From the NCBI GenBank assembly GCA_020632075.1, contig JACKGH010000001.1, positions 131,216 to 195,215 of the forward strand: DNA of 64,000 nt. Direction: 5' to 3'. The notes under the pieces were generated by a model that saw only the letters and a list, made by a program, of their open reading frames with translations, was not told the DNA's origin and did not search any database. This document shows positions 9,123-17,365 of this stretch, piece by piece. A program made the translations under genes and the position numbers. This DNA is from Candidatus Nomurabacteria bacterium (GTDB taxonomy: Bacteria; Patescibacteriota; Minisyncoccia; Phycocordibacterales; UBA918). The first letter of the stretch is position 1, and each line of letters begins with the position of its first letter.

Positions 9123-9237
9123 CTCAGAAATTTAGAGTTACTACGGTGAAGCACTTTGCTGCACATTGTCGTATAATTAACAATAGACTTACTCACGAGG
9201 ACTAACTCACGACAACTATGGAAACTTCATATTTTTT

Positions 9238-9612
9238 TTGGCGCAATTCTTTGGTTTGCTGATCGTGATCTTTGCGGTCAGTGCGCTGTTTCGTCCGCAC
9301 TTCTTGCGTGACGTCACCGATGACCTTGCGCAGGCTTCACCGCTGGTGCGACTCTTCTTTAGCATGGTTGCGATCGGTGGCGGTCTCGCGATCGTACTGA
9401 CACACAATGTCTGGGTTGCTGGCTGGCCACTTATTATCACGCTCATTGGCTGGGGCGGGCTCATCAAGGGTGTTTTGGCGCTGGTGCGTCCACAGTCGCT
9501 TATCTTGGCTGCTGATGTGGTCTATGGCTCTGAGCGACGAGCTTGGGTCACACTAGTGCTGGCTGCGCTCTTTGGTGCGTATCTGACTGCGGTTGGGTTT
9601 GGGTGTTTGTAG
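9238..9612 (+). CDS. Hypothetical integral membrane protein (4 TM)
   Basis: TTG start; hydrophobic; followed by a conserved terminator element. Confidence 0.45.
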   Translation: MAQFFGLLIVIFAVSALFRPHFLRDVTDDLAQASPLVRLFFSMVAIGGGLAIVLTHNVWVAGWPLIITLIGWGGLIKGVLALVRPQSLILAADVVYGSERRAWVTLVLAALFGAYLTAVGFGCL

Positions 9613-9627
9613 GAGTGAAGGGGTGCA

Positions 9628-9678
9628 GGCCGCGTGAGCACGAACCTTTCGGAGAAAGGTCGCTCACGCGGCCTTTCT
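9628..9678 (+). terminator. Conserved extended hairpin terminator, family A (GGCCGCGTGAGC-ACGAACCTTTC-gga-GAAAGGTCGC-TCACGCGGCC + T-run), copy 1
   Basis: ~20-bp interrupted stem; near-identical copy at 10206; related copy at 14172. Confidence 0.7.
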
Positions 9679-9741
9679 CTTTACACAAAGGCATTTTGTG
9701 GTATTTTTCACTCAGATTAATCAAGAAGGAGGTATCGTCTG

Positions 9742-10215
9742 ATGACAACCGTCACCCTTAAAGACGTGTGGAATGACTTCTTGCACGAAAATCGAGTACG
9801 AAGACGTCTGCGAAAATTAGCAAAATCATTCGGGATCAGTAAAGGTTATGTGGGGGTGCTTGCGGTGCTTCCATCGCCAACCGGTCTGAGGCGCAGCTGG
9901 TCGGTGGTCATGCTTGGAGACGAAAAGACTACGTCAGCTGAATCGGATCGATGTTTGCATGTAACTTCTTTGATGACTCATGAATGGAATGCTCAAGGAA
10001 CAGAGCGTAGTGAGCTTGTGTTCTGGAACGGAGTATATTTTGCTGGCGTGAAAACTGGGTATGTTGGTGATCAGGGTCAGCGTGGATCTATCATGCTCAC
10101 ATCAGACATTGCTGGTGCCGGGTCGATAGAAATGCTTCAAAGTTGCATTGAGCATTTTACTGAGTTCTGGAACCTTGTGTATCCAAGGCACAAAGAAAGT
10201 ATTTTGGCCGCGTGA
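9742..10215 (+). CDS. Member A of a four-member paralogous family of small cytoplasmic proteins (function unknown)
   Basis: C-terminal GSIEMLQSCIEHF..FW aligns with the SP-x-V/I-EC-[VI]-x-x-L block of the other three members. The last codons ...LAA-stop are encoded by the terminator stem GGCCGCGTGA. Confidence 0.5.
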   Translation: MTTVTLKDVWNDFLHENRVRRRLRKLAKSFGISKGYVGVLAVLPSPTGLRRSWSVVMLGDEKTTSAESDRCLHVTSLMTHEWNAQGTERSELVFWNGVYFAGVKTGYVGDQGQRGSIMLTSDIAGAGSIEMLQSCIEHFTEFWNLVYPRHKESILAA

Positions 10216-10256
10216 GCGCGAACCTTTCGGAGAAAGGTCGCTCACGCGGCCTTTTT
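10206..10256 (+). terminator. Conserved extended hairpin terminator, family A, copy 2 (overlaps the stop codon of 9742..10215)
   Basis: GGCCGCGTGAGCGCGAACCTTTCGGAGAAAGGTCGCTCACGCGGCC + TTTTT. It differs from copy 1 by one base. Confidence 0.75.
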
Positions 10257-10316
10257 GTTGACAGTGTCAATCATACCGATTACCCTACATTTTAGGTAAT
10301 CAGAAGGGGAATACTG

Positions 10317-10832
10317 ATGCAAGAGACAGTACATACTGAAAGTCCAAGTGAGCGGCAGCCACTTCGCTTCTACTGGCGCCAAGGTGTCTCAGACGAGGAT
10401 CTTACCAATGCGGTATATGATCATGTGCTCGCTTTGGTTACATCGTACGGATATGGTCAAGAGGGGGTTGGTGGAGTGAAGATCTACCTGCCTTTCATCC
10501 TTCCAGAAGATGGTAGTCTCGCCAATGCACATCGATGGGTGGTGCCGATCAATACTGATGAGGTGTCGGACCGCGCCATGAATGCCTTCATGGCGCGGTG
10601 GGAAGAGTTGGAACAGATCTGGCGTCAAGATCCTGATATTCTCATCAGAACATCTGGCGACATCATTCATGTTGGCTACTCACTCGACATCGAGGACGGC
10701 AACATCGCTTCGCCTGCGGTGGAATGTATCTTATGCCTGCCAGGCTTCGATCTGGAAGAGTTGTTTGAAGATTTCCCTGACGAGCTCGTTGAACTCTGGG
10801 ATAAAGGAGAATTCTCTCGTGTGTTCTACTGA
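10317..10832 (+). CDS. Paralogous family member B
   Basis: Shares DIIHVGYSLDIEDGNIASPAVECILCLPGF with C (DVYHVAKRVGIETYGLASPTVECVALLRDPG) and D (DVYYVAERIGEVQKVGVMPSIECVMWLQGP). The N-terminal halves also align (FYWRQ / LGWRM...VPF...W). Confidence 0.6.
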   Translation: MQETVHTESPSERQPLRFYWRQGVSDEDLTNAVYDHVLALVTSYGYGQEGVGGVKIYLPFILPEDGSLANAHRWVVPINTDEVSDRAMNAFMARWEELEQIWRQDPDILIRTSGDIIHVGYSLDIEDGNIASPAVECILCLPGFDLEELFEDFPDELVELWDKGEFSRVFY

Positions 10833-10839
10833 CGGTCGA

Positions 10840-10865
10840 GGGCGCTTGGTACAAGCGCCCTTTTT
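10840..10865 (+). terminator. Rho-independent terminator GGGCGCTTG-gta-CAAGCGCCC + TTTTT
   Basis: 9-bp stem and T-run directly after the stop of member B. Confidence 0.7.
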
Positions 10866-10904
10866 GTTGCTACAATATTCACATTAGCAATTCACTCAAT
10901 TTGT

Positions 10905-11294
10905 ATGGAAGAACTACTTAGTAATCTTGATGTCGTGACTGTTCTAGTGTCATTTGTATTGGCATTCTTACTCGGTTGGTTGTGGTATTCGCCAAAGATG
11001 TTCCTTAAGCCGTGGGCAGCAGGACACGGCATAGATACGACGGGACCAAAGACTGGCATACTGAAACCAATGGTGGCACAAGCTGCCGGCACCCTCTTGC
11101 TAGCAGTCATTACCAACATGGCTGCTCAAGATGGACATGTAGGGCACGCAGTAATAGTGGCAGTGACAGTTGCGTTTTTCATCATGTCGAGCAACCTCTA
11201 CAAGAATCCAAAGGCATGCGTGCCTGCACGTATAGAAGCGGGGTACATATTGGCCATGGTCGCGGTTATGGTGGCTGTCAATATGGTGCTGTAG
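10905..11294 (+). CDS. DUF1761-like small membrane protein
   Basis: LGWLWYSPKMFLKPW matches the G-x-LWYSP-x-lFGK-x-W signature. 4 TM. Confidence 0.5.
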   Translation: MEELLSNLDVVTVLVSFVLAFLLGWLWYSPKMFLKPWAAGHGIDTTGPKTGILKPMVAQAAGTLLLAVITNMAAQDGHVGHAVIVAVTVAFFIMSSNLYKNPKACVPARIEAGYILAMVAVMVAVNMVL

Positions 11295-11315
11295 TTTTTA
11301 ACCATTTAGTAAAAT

Positions 11316-11504
11316 ATGAAAACTATTGCGTGTTTAGATTGCAGTCAGCAATTCAGTGGTGAAACTCCTGAAGAAGTAATGCAGGCTATGATGCCACACT
11401 ACATGGTGGACCATAAGGAAGTCATGGAAGGTGGAAATGAGGAAAAGAAGAAAGAATGGTTTGCTGAATTTCAACGACGCTGGAATGTAGCAGAGAATAG
11501 TTAG
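11316..11504 (+). CDS. DUF1059-like small protein
   Basis: MKTIACLDCSQQFSGETPEEVMQAMMPHYMVDH resembles DUF1059 (MK-x-x-C-x-D-x-G-x-x-C-x-F-x-x-x-x-ETEEE-x-x-x-x-x-x-x-H). Confidence 0.5.
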   Translation: MKTIACLDCSQQFSGETPEEVMQAMMPHYMVDHKEVMEGGNEEKKKEWFAEFQRRWNVAENS

Positions 11505-11599
11505 CAGAATTGCAAAAAGCCTAATGGACACACTAGGCTTCTTGTTGACTCTGTGCACTACATGTTGTATTGTCCAATGAGCAGAAGGGAGGAACGTAC

Positions 11600-12112
11600 A
11601 TGCTTCAAAGAGGGGAATTGGCGCTTGGTTGGAGAATGACCAAGCCAGTCGAAGTGTTTCAAGATGACATGCGTGAGATCATGAAAGCAATGCTGCTCTC
11701 GTCGGACTACATCGGTGATGGGCTTCTGGTCATGCGTATTCGTGTGCCGTTCGTCTACAGGCACAGCATGCCTGAATACAAAGACTTTCCACTGATGGCG
11801 CCAATTGGCGACATTCGCTTGTCGCAAGAGCAAGTTGGGCGCATGAATAAGACCTGGGTCGATCTGTACTACAGGTGGATCAGTGACAATGATGGAGTGC
11901 ATACTCAGATTCGTAGTGAGGGTGACGTGTATCATGTTGCCAAGCGTGTCGGGATCGAGACGTACGGTCTAGCATCACCGACGGTCGAGTGCGTCGCGCT
12001 CTTGCGTGATCCGGGTTGTCCCTTCATGGAACTGTGCGAAGGAGCACTCGACATCTTTTGGGAAGAGTCTGGGCTGATCGCGTTTGGTCCGACTATCGAA
12101 GACAGCAAATAG
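11600..12112 (+). CDS. Paralogous family member C
   Basis: ATG 11600 has a GGGAGG RBS. The conserved SPTVECVALLRDPGCP block is shown under member B. Confidence 0.6.
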   Translation: MLQRGELALGWRMTKPVEVFQDDMREIMKAMLLSSDYIGDGLLVMRIRVPFVYRHSMPEYKDFPLMAPIGDIRLSQEQVGRMNKTWVDLYYRWISDNDGVHTQIRSEGDVYHVAKRVGIETYGLASPTVECVALLRDPGCPFMELCEGALDIFWEESGLIAFGPTIEDSK

Positions 12113-12121
12113 TACTACTGA

Positions 12122-12146
12122 GGTCGCCCTTTGGGCGGCCTTTTTT
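12122..12146 (+). terminator. Rho-independent terminator GGTCGCCC-ttt-GGGCGGCC + TTTTTT (the GCCC-TTT-GGGC family)
   Basis: Hairpin and T6 directly after the stop of member C. Confidence 0.75.
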
Positions 12147-12162
12147 GATACACTGATTCAGT

Positions 12163-13380
12163 ATGAAAATTGCTTCTGGTTTTTTGGCTGCACTCGTCTT
12201 GCTAATGAGCGTGCCACAGGCGCAAGCGGCGGCAGTGAATGAGGAGTACGTGTGGCAACTCACTGCCATCTCTGAGTATGTGGAACGCTTACTTGGAGTG
12301 CATCCGCCACTTGATACCGCTGAAAAGCGAGACATCATCGCAGCCGGCACGGCGTGGACAGTGGCTTCGCAGGAGGAGAATGGGCACTTTGGATATGAGT
12401 ACGCACCATATGATGGTGTGTATCTGCGAGGAGAAGGGATGGTGCGGCAGGCGGGTACACTTTTTATGTTGTCTGAAGTATATCTGCAGCAGACTGAAAA
12501 AGATCCAAGGATCGCCACTGCAATTGAACAAGCGATCGATTATTTTGAAAGCATCAGTCTAGAAGAAGGCTCTTTTTGGTGCATCAAGAATTCAGAGCGT
12601 AGTACGAAGTGTGAACTTGGTAGCGCAAGTCTGGCTTTGATCGGCCTTGTGAACTATGTGACAGCGGTGCCAGAGAAAGAGAAGGTGTATGAGTCGCTGA
12701 TTGAAAATTATTTTAACTACCTCCGAGTAGCGAAGTTTGTTGGGAAGGGTTTTAGTGCAAATTACGACGCTGAAGATAGTTTTAGTGCAAAGGAGTCGCC
12801 ATTCTACAACGGTGAAGCTATGTTGGCTCTAGTGAAGTATTATCAGTACCGACCGGATAACGAGGTGAAAGATATGCTCCAAGAGACGTTTGAGCATTTA
12901 CGCAAGCAGGAGCACGAGTCGCCGCTTTATTTATGGATCATGGCCGCGCTCAAGGAAATGAAAGTGCTGTGGCCAAATGAAGCGTATGTAACATACGCAA
13001 AGGATTTTACTAATGAGCGATTGGTGAGCGCGGCCACTCGCCATCATCTTACTCATAACTATTGCGCGCCACTAGAAGGTTTGGTGAGTGCGTATAGCGT
13101 ACTTGAAGGAACCGCTGACGATGAACTGCTTACGCAACTGTACGATGAGATCCAGTATTGGCTGTCTCGCACGACGGCTTTGCAGGTTGGTCGTACGACA
13201 CCATATCGCGTGAACACTATAGATGGTGTGTTGCAACTACAAACAGTCACAGATCCTGCTCAAGCGTACGGTGGTTTCTTAACGGGTGAAGAGGTGTTGA
13301 CTCAGCGTATCGACTTTACGCAGCATTGTGTGAGTGCGTACTTACAAACGTTGGTGGATATTGAGGGTGAGGAGCTGTAA
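12163..13380 (+). CDS. Secreted hypothetical protein, alpha-helical repeat (possibly alpha/alpha-toroid-like)
   Basis: Signal peptide MKIASGFLAALVLLMSVPQAQA. Recurrent helical hairpin motifs (LALIGLVNY, GEAMLALVKYY, LWIMAALKEM). No confident family. Confidence 0.5.
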   Translation: MKIASGFLAALVLLMSVPQAQAAAVNEEYVWQLTAISEYVERLLGVHPPLDTAEKRDIIAAGTAWTVASQEENGHFGYEYAPYDGVYLRGEGMVRQAGTLFMLSEVYLQQTEKDPRIATAIEQAIDYFESISLEEGSFWCIKNSERSTKCELGSASLALIGLVNYVTAVPEKEKVYESLIENYFNYLRVAKFVGKGFSANYDAEDSFSAKESPFYNGEAMLALVKYYQYRPDNEVKDMLQETFEHLRKQEHESPLYLWIMAALKEMKVLWPNEAYVTYAKDFTNERLVSAATRHHLTHNYCAPLEGLVSAYSVLEGTADDELLTQLYDEIQYWLSRTTALQVGRTTPYRVNTIDGVLQLQTVTDPAQAYGGFLTGEEVLTQRIDFTQHCVSAYLQTLVDIEGEEL

Positions 13381-13383
13381 GGT

Positions 13384-13406
13384 GGCCGGCGCCGAAGGCG
13401 CCGGCC
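13384..13406 (+). terminator. Palindrome family B (GGCCGGCGCC-gaa-GGCGCCGGCC) directly after the stop of 12163..13380
   Basis: Perfect 10-bp stem. Its T-tail is weak. The identical 23-mer recurs at 14306 inside a CDS. Confidence 0.5.
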
Positions 13407-13427
13407 CTTGTGCTACACTATTTTCAT

Positions 13428-13634
13428 ATGGATCCAAAAGTACAAGAACAACTCGACGAGCTCGAAATGAAGGTTAATGCGGTGTATACGTCAGTCGAGA
13501 AGATCCGCAAGTACATGCTAATCACTGCTTGGGTGACGATCGCGGTGATCGTTTTGCCACTGGTGGGTCTTGTGTTTGCTATTCCTGCCTTACTTAGCAC
13601 GATCAGTGAAGCTACAGCGTTAATGCAGTTTTAG
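13428..13634 (+). CDS. Small membrane protein (one TM), hypothetical
   Basis: MDPKVQEQLDELEMKV... followed by a hydrophobic helix. The start could instead be 13410. Confidence 0.35.
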   Translation: MDPKVQEQLDELEMKVNAVYTSVEKIRKYMLITAWVTIAVIVLPLVGLVFAIPALLSTISEATALMQF

Positions 13635-13692
13635 TTGACAAAAACCCCTGACGTCGTAGGGTAGAGAAAAGTGTTCATTGGGAGAGCTTGTC

Positions 13693-14181
13693 ATGCGCAT
13701 ACGTGACTTGATGCAAGAGATGCTGCTTAGATTTGGTGAGGCATTTGTTCGTTTCGTGGTGCGTAACCGTATCATGCTGCATCTCAGTCGTAACAAATTC
13801 AGTTATGAAGCATACATCAGCTTGATCGTGTATATACCGGAAGCTAATGGTCGCCGAGTGTTTACGAAGATGTGGCAATTCCCGGTTCGTAAGCAGTCAG
13901 TGACGGAGCGTGAAGCAGTAAGAATGCAGGAGCACTATCGTGAGCTGCAAGTTAAGTGGTTGCGGGCGGGGGACAAAGACGACGTCTTTCGTCTCCATGA
14001 CGTCTACTATGTAGCTGAACGGATCGGTGAAGTACAAAAAGTTGGTGTTATGCCGTCGATCGAGTGTGTTATGTGGCTCCAAGGTCCTATGCACGATGAT
14101 CTGGCTGCCAGCATTCGAAAAAGCTTCCCGTACTTTTGGTGGATAGCAACTGGCCAGAAGTTGCCTGATGCGGCCGCGTGA
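13693..14181 (+). CDS. Paralogous family member D
   Basis: ATG 13693 is preceded by GGAGAG. The MPSIECVMWLQGP block is shown under member B. The C-terminal ...DAAA-stop is encoded inside the family-A terminator stem. Confidence 0.6.
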   Translation: MRIRDLMQEMLLRFGEAFVRFVVRNRIMLHLSRNKFSYEAYISLIVYIPEANGRRVFTKMWQFPVRKQSVTEREAVRMQEHYRELQVKWLRAGDKDDVFRLHDVYYVAERIGEVQKVGVMPSIECVMWLQGPMHDDLAASIRKSFPYFWWIATGQKLPDAAA

Positions 14182-14220
14182 GTGCCTTTCTTCGAAAGGC
14201 CGTGCTCACGCGGCCTTTTT
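14172..14220 (+). terminator. Conserved extended hairpin terminator, family A, copy 3 (GGCCGCGTGAG-TGCCTTTC-ttcg-GAAAGGC-CGTG-CTCACGCGGCC + TTTTT), overlapping the stop of member D
   Basis: Same outer arms as copies 1 and 2, with a diverged centre. Confidence 0.7.
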
Positions 14221-14244
14221 GTTTTGGGTGTATAGTAGAAGGGT

Positions 14245-14718
14245 ATGAAAAATGCTCTCATTGTTTTTGTCTTGCTCACTCTGGGTGGCATATTGTTGTA
14301 TAGTTGGCCGGCGCCGAAGGCGCCGGCCGAGAATCCGGCTGAACCTGAAGTCCCGCTGTCGAGCTATGCAATATTTATCCATGATGAAGTTAGTGTGCCG
14401 GTTGACTCCCGGAGGGTAGATCTCTCAGGCAGAGGTCTTAACGGATCGCTAAAGGCGGAAATTCGCCAGCTTACTGAGCTACGCGAACTTGATCTTGCAC
14501 ACAACAACTTCACTGGTTTACCCGCTGAAGTTGGTCAATTGTCGAAACTTGAAGTGCTCAATTTGTCCGATAATCCACTGACTGGACTGCCGCACGAGCT
14601 GGGGAATCTGCAAAACTTGAAGACACTTGATCTTCGTGGAACGCAGTATTCCACATATGATTTAAATGTGATTCAGGCTGCTCTGCCAAGTGAAGTTGAA
14701 ATACTGACAGATCAGTGA
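14245..14718 (+). CDS. Secreted leucine-rich-repeat (LRR) protein
   Basis: Signal peptide. Four or more LRRs (LRELDLAHNNFTGLP, LSKLEVLNLSDNPLTGLP, LQNLKTLDLRGT). The family-B palindrome is embedded at 14306-14328, encoding WPAPKAPAE. Confidence 0.7.
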   Translation: MKNALIVFVLLTLGGILLYSWPAPKAPAENPAEPEVPLSSYAIFIHDEVSVPVDSRRVDLSGRGLNGSLKAEIRQLTELRELDLAHNNFTGLPAEVGQLSKLEVLNLSDNPLTGLPHELGNLQNLKTLDLRGTQYSTYDLNVIQAALPSEVEILTDQ

Positions 14719-14744
14719 TTGGAATTACGGTATACTGATTTTAT

Positions 14745-15761
14745 ATGAAACGAAACACTTTTCTGATGCTGCTCGCGTTTTTGGTCGTGCCCGTAACTAC
14801 TTCCGCCTACGATGGGTTCGGTAGAATTGATCGTAACAATCTCGATGATGAGATCGTCGATCAATTTCCTCTCCCGATCTTGTTTGGTGTCGATCTCTCA
14901 ACAGTTGTACCAGACTTTGGTGACCCCAGAGACGGTGGAGAACGCTCTCATGAAGGGCAAGATATTCGCGCACCAAAAGGAACGCCGATCGTTTCCCCGA
15001 CCGAGGCGATCGTGATCAAGACCGGTGATGGTGTGTACTCGGGGAAGTATGTATACACTGCCAATCCTGGCGGTGAGACCTTCCGTTACATGCATCTTGA
15101 TACGATCGCTTCTGATCTTGATTCTGGCGACCTCCTTGATGTGGGGGACTTCATTGGTACTGTCGGTGATACAGGCAATGCTCCCGAGGGTGTCTATCAT
15201 CTCCATCTTGAGATCCTTAATGAAGACAATGATCCAACTGATCCATTTGAACGTTTTGATCCAGCAGGATTCACACTTAAGGAAAAAATGTCATTCTTGC
15301 GTGACATCTTTAGTGGAATGAAACAAGACGAGGAGTATGCTGAGTTTTTGGTAGAGACATTCAATAGTGACTTCATGACAGCGTATCAAAAAGGTTACTC
15401 CATGCCGAATGTGATCGATGAGGTGCTTGAAGATGCTGGTGCGAGTACGCAGTCGCAACAGTTGCAACGCTTTACTGAGCTTATTGCAGCACTCCCGATG
15501 GCGCTTCAAATGGAGCTTCGTAGTGGCGATCAGGGGCCGGCTGTGCAGCTGTTGCAGTTGTATCTTATTTACACCGGTAACGGGCCGGCGCGAGACAAGC
15601 TGCGAGCAGCGGGACCAACCGGGTACTTTGGGCTGGTCACAACTGCTGCGCTGGCAGAGTTTCAGAAAGATAAGCTCATTATTGATAACAAAGGTGTATA
15701 CGATGCACAGACCAGAACTGGTATGATGAAGTACCAGTATCCAAATTTAAATTTCAACTAA
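14745..15761 (+). CDS. M23 family metallopeptidase with C-terminal peptidoglycan-binding domain (PG_binding_1-like)
   Basis: HEGQDI...D and HLHLEI motifs (HxxxD / HxH). C-terminal GDQGPAVQLLQLYL...GYFGLVTTAALAEFQ. Signal peptide. Confidence 0.8.
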   Translation: MKRNTFLMLLAFLVVPVTTSAYDGFGRIDRNNLDDEIVDQFPLPILFGVDLSTVVPDFGDPRDGGERSHEGQDIRAPKGTPIVSPTEAIVIKTGDGVYSGKYVYTANPGGETFRYMHLDTIASDLDSGDLLDVGDFIGTVGDTGNAPEGVYHLHLEILNEDNDPTDPFERFDPAGFTLKEKMSFLRDIFSGMKQDEEYAEFLVETFNSDFMTAYQKGYSMPNVIDEVLEDAGASTQSQQLQRFTELIAALPMALQMELRSGDQGPAVQLLQLYLIYTGNGPARDKLRAAGPTGYFGLVTTAALAEFQKDKLIIDNKGVYDAQTRTGMMKYQYPNLNFN

Positions 15762-15762
15762 C

Positions 15763-15981
15763 ATGCAACTCTTCGGACTACTTTCGCTCATTATCGTAAT
15801 AGCCATCATTGGTTGGTGGATGAGTACAGGGCTGGTGCAGGTACCAGCTACTGCGCCATCTGCAGAGGATCGCTCAAGCTCGTTCTATGTCATCCCGCCA
15901 GATCCGGAAAGTTCACCGGTGCCAACCTACGGCGATGCACTCGATGCGGCTCGCGGTGCGGCTGACGCGATGGAACGGTAG
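15763..15981 (+). CDS. Small membrane protein, hypothetical
   Basis: The ATG lies 1 nt after the M23 stop. One TM, then a Pro/Ser-rich tail. Confidence 0.35.
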   Translation: MQLFGLLSLIIVIAIIGWWMSTGLVQVPATAPSAEDRSSSFYVIPPDPESSPVPTYGDALDAARGAADAMER

Positions 15982-16014
15982 GTAGACAACGGACACTTCC
16001 AGTGTCGCAAAGAC

Positions 16015-16332
16015 GTGCACACTAGAATCGGGTGTATACTGCAAAAGATGACATACATACCACAGAAATACTGTGATATGTGTTTGATGCCGTTCTCGCA
16101 AGATCCTGGGGTACGCGAGCACGAATACTACTGCAGCTACTGCTACAAAAATGGGGAACTAACATACAAAGGAGATGATCTCCATGCCTTTCAGAAACTC
16201 TGGTACGTGCGTATGCGACAAAACGGTATGAGCCGGTGGCGTGCCAAGTTTTCTGCTTGGATGATCCGCTTTGCGCCACACTGGAAGAGGGAGAAAAGGC
16301 TCTTCGTTGGCCCAGTAAACACCTATCACTAA
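16015..16332 (+). CDS. Putative zinc-ribbon protein (Zn_ribbon_2-like); the true start is probably ATG 16048
   Basis: YCDMCLMPF...YYCSYCYKNGELTY gives two CxxC pairs in the arrangement of the putative zinc ribbon family. Confidence 0.45.
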   Translation: MHTRIGCILQKMTYIPQKYCDMCLMPFSQDPGVREHEYYCSYCYKNGELTYKGDDLHAFQKLWYVRMRQNGMSRWRAKFSAWMIRFAPHWKREKRLFVGPVNTYH

Positions 16333-16336
16333 ATAG

Positions 16337-17245
16337 CTAGAGAGTGGTCACCCAGGCACTATTTGGGTCTGCTTGCTCTGCAGCAAGTGCAGTGCGGATT
16401 TTTTCTGTGATCGTGCCGGGGGTATGGTCATTGATCTCACGTCCGTCTATCTCAAGAATTGGTGCAATGAAAGCCGAAGTACCACTCGCAAAGACTTCGT
16501 CTGCAGTGTAGAGCTCGGTCAGTGCGACCTTGCGCTCGATGACTGGGATGTCGAGTCGCGCGGCCAGCTCGATCACACTCCGACGTGTGATGCCTTCTAG
16601 GATGTCTGACGCACAGTCGGGTGTGATCAGCTGGCCGCGCTTTACCATAAAGACATTGGCTGCAGAGAGCTCGCTTACATAGCCATTGTTGTTGAGAAAC
16701 AGACAATCGTCCATGCCTGCGTCAAGGGCGTCTTGTTTAGCGAGGGCAGAATTTACATAAGCTCCATTCACTTTGGCACGCGCGGGGATCGCACTGTCAG
16801 TGGTGCGTCGCCAGAGACTGGTCTTCAGTCTAGCGCCACTTTCAGGAAGGATCTTGTCAGCGTCCATCATGAACACACTAAAGGCGAGTTCAAGGTCTTT
16901 GGTGCGTACACCAGGCGCAAGGGAAGTTGCATGTACAGTGAGTCTAAAGAACTGATCTTTGGTTGGTTTGTTTGCTTCGATCAATGCTTGGATTTGTGCT
17001 TTAAATTGATCCTCGACCACATACTCTTCAGCTCCGTTTAAACCGATCATCCGTGCTGATTGCTTAAGTCGAATGAGGTGCTCCGGAATGCGAAAACAAA
17101 GCATTCCTTCGCTTGTGTGCTTGGCAAAAAAGACTGAGTAGACGCTGAGTCCGTAGAGCACAGCAGAGCTTGCAACAGAAAGGTGTGCTTCAGCTAAAGG
17201 CACGATCTTACCATTAATCAGTGCGTTTGGTGCGAGATTTGCCAT
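16337..17245 (-). CDS. ilvE: Class IV PLP-dependent aminotransferase (branched-chain amino acid aminotransferase-like)
   Basis: NGAYVNSALAKQDALDAGMDDCLFLNNNGYVSELSAANVFMVK and EGITRRSV motifs; 302 aa. It could alternatively be a D-amino-acid aminotransferase. Confidence 0.8.
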   Translation of the reverse strand: MANLAPNALINGKIVPLAEAHLSVASSAVLYGLSVYSVFFAKHTSEGMLCFRIPEHLIRLKQSARMIGLNGAEEYVVEDQFKAQIQALIEANKPTKDQFFRLTVHATSLAPGVRTKDLELAFSVFMMDADKILPESGARLKTSLWRRTTDSAIPARAKVNGAYVNSALAKQDALDAGMDDCLFLNNNGYVSELSAANVFMVKRGQLITPDCASDILEGITRRSVIELAARLDIPVIERKVALTELYTADEVFASGTSAFIAPILEIDGREINDHTPGTITEKIRTALAAEQADPNSAWVTTL

Positions 17246-17365
17246 AGTGATACTTAAGTATACCGTAGTGACATTGAAAAGGTTGCAGCCGGTCTGTGTG
17301 GAGTATCTATTGCTAATTGAAATGAGTTGTGCTCTAATAAAGTAATTACAGACATAAAGATTTAA

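Noticed and set aside
12093-12562. Overlapping ORFs (141, 107 and 80 aa) on alternative frames at the start of 12163..13380
   Set aside because: They are shadow ORFs. The 405-aa frame has the signal peptide and runs to a terminator.
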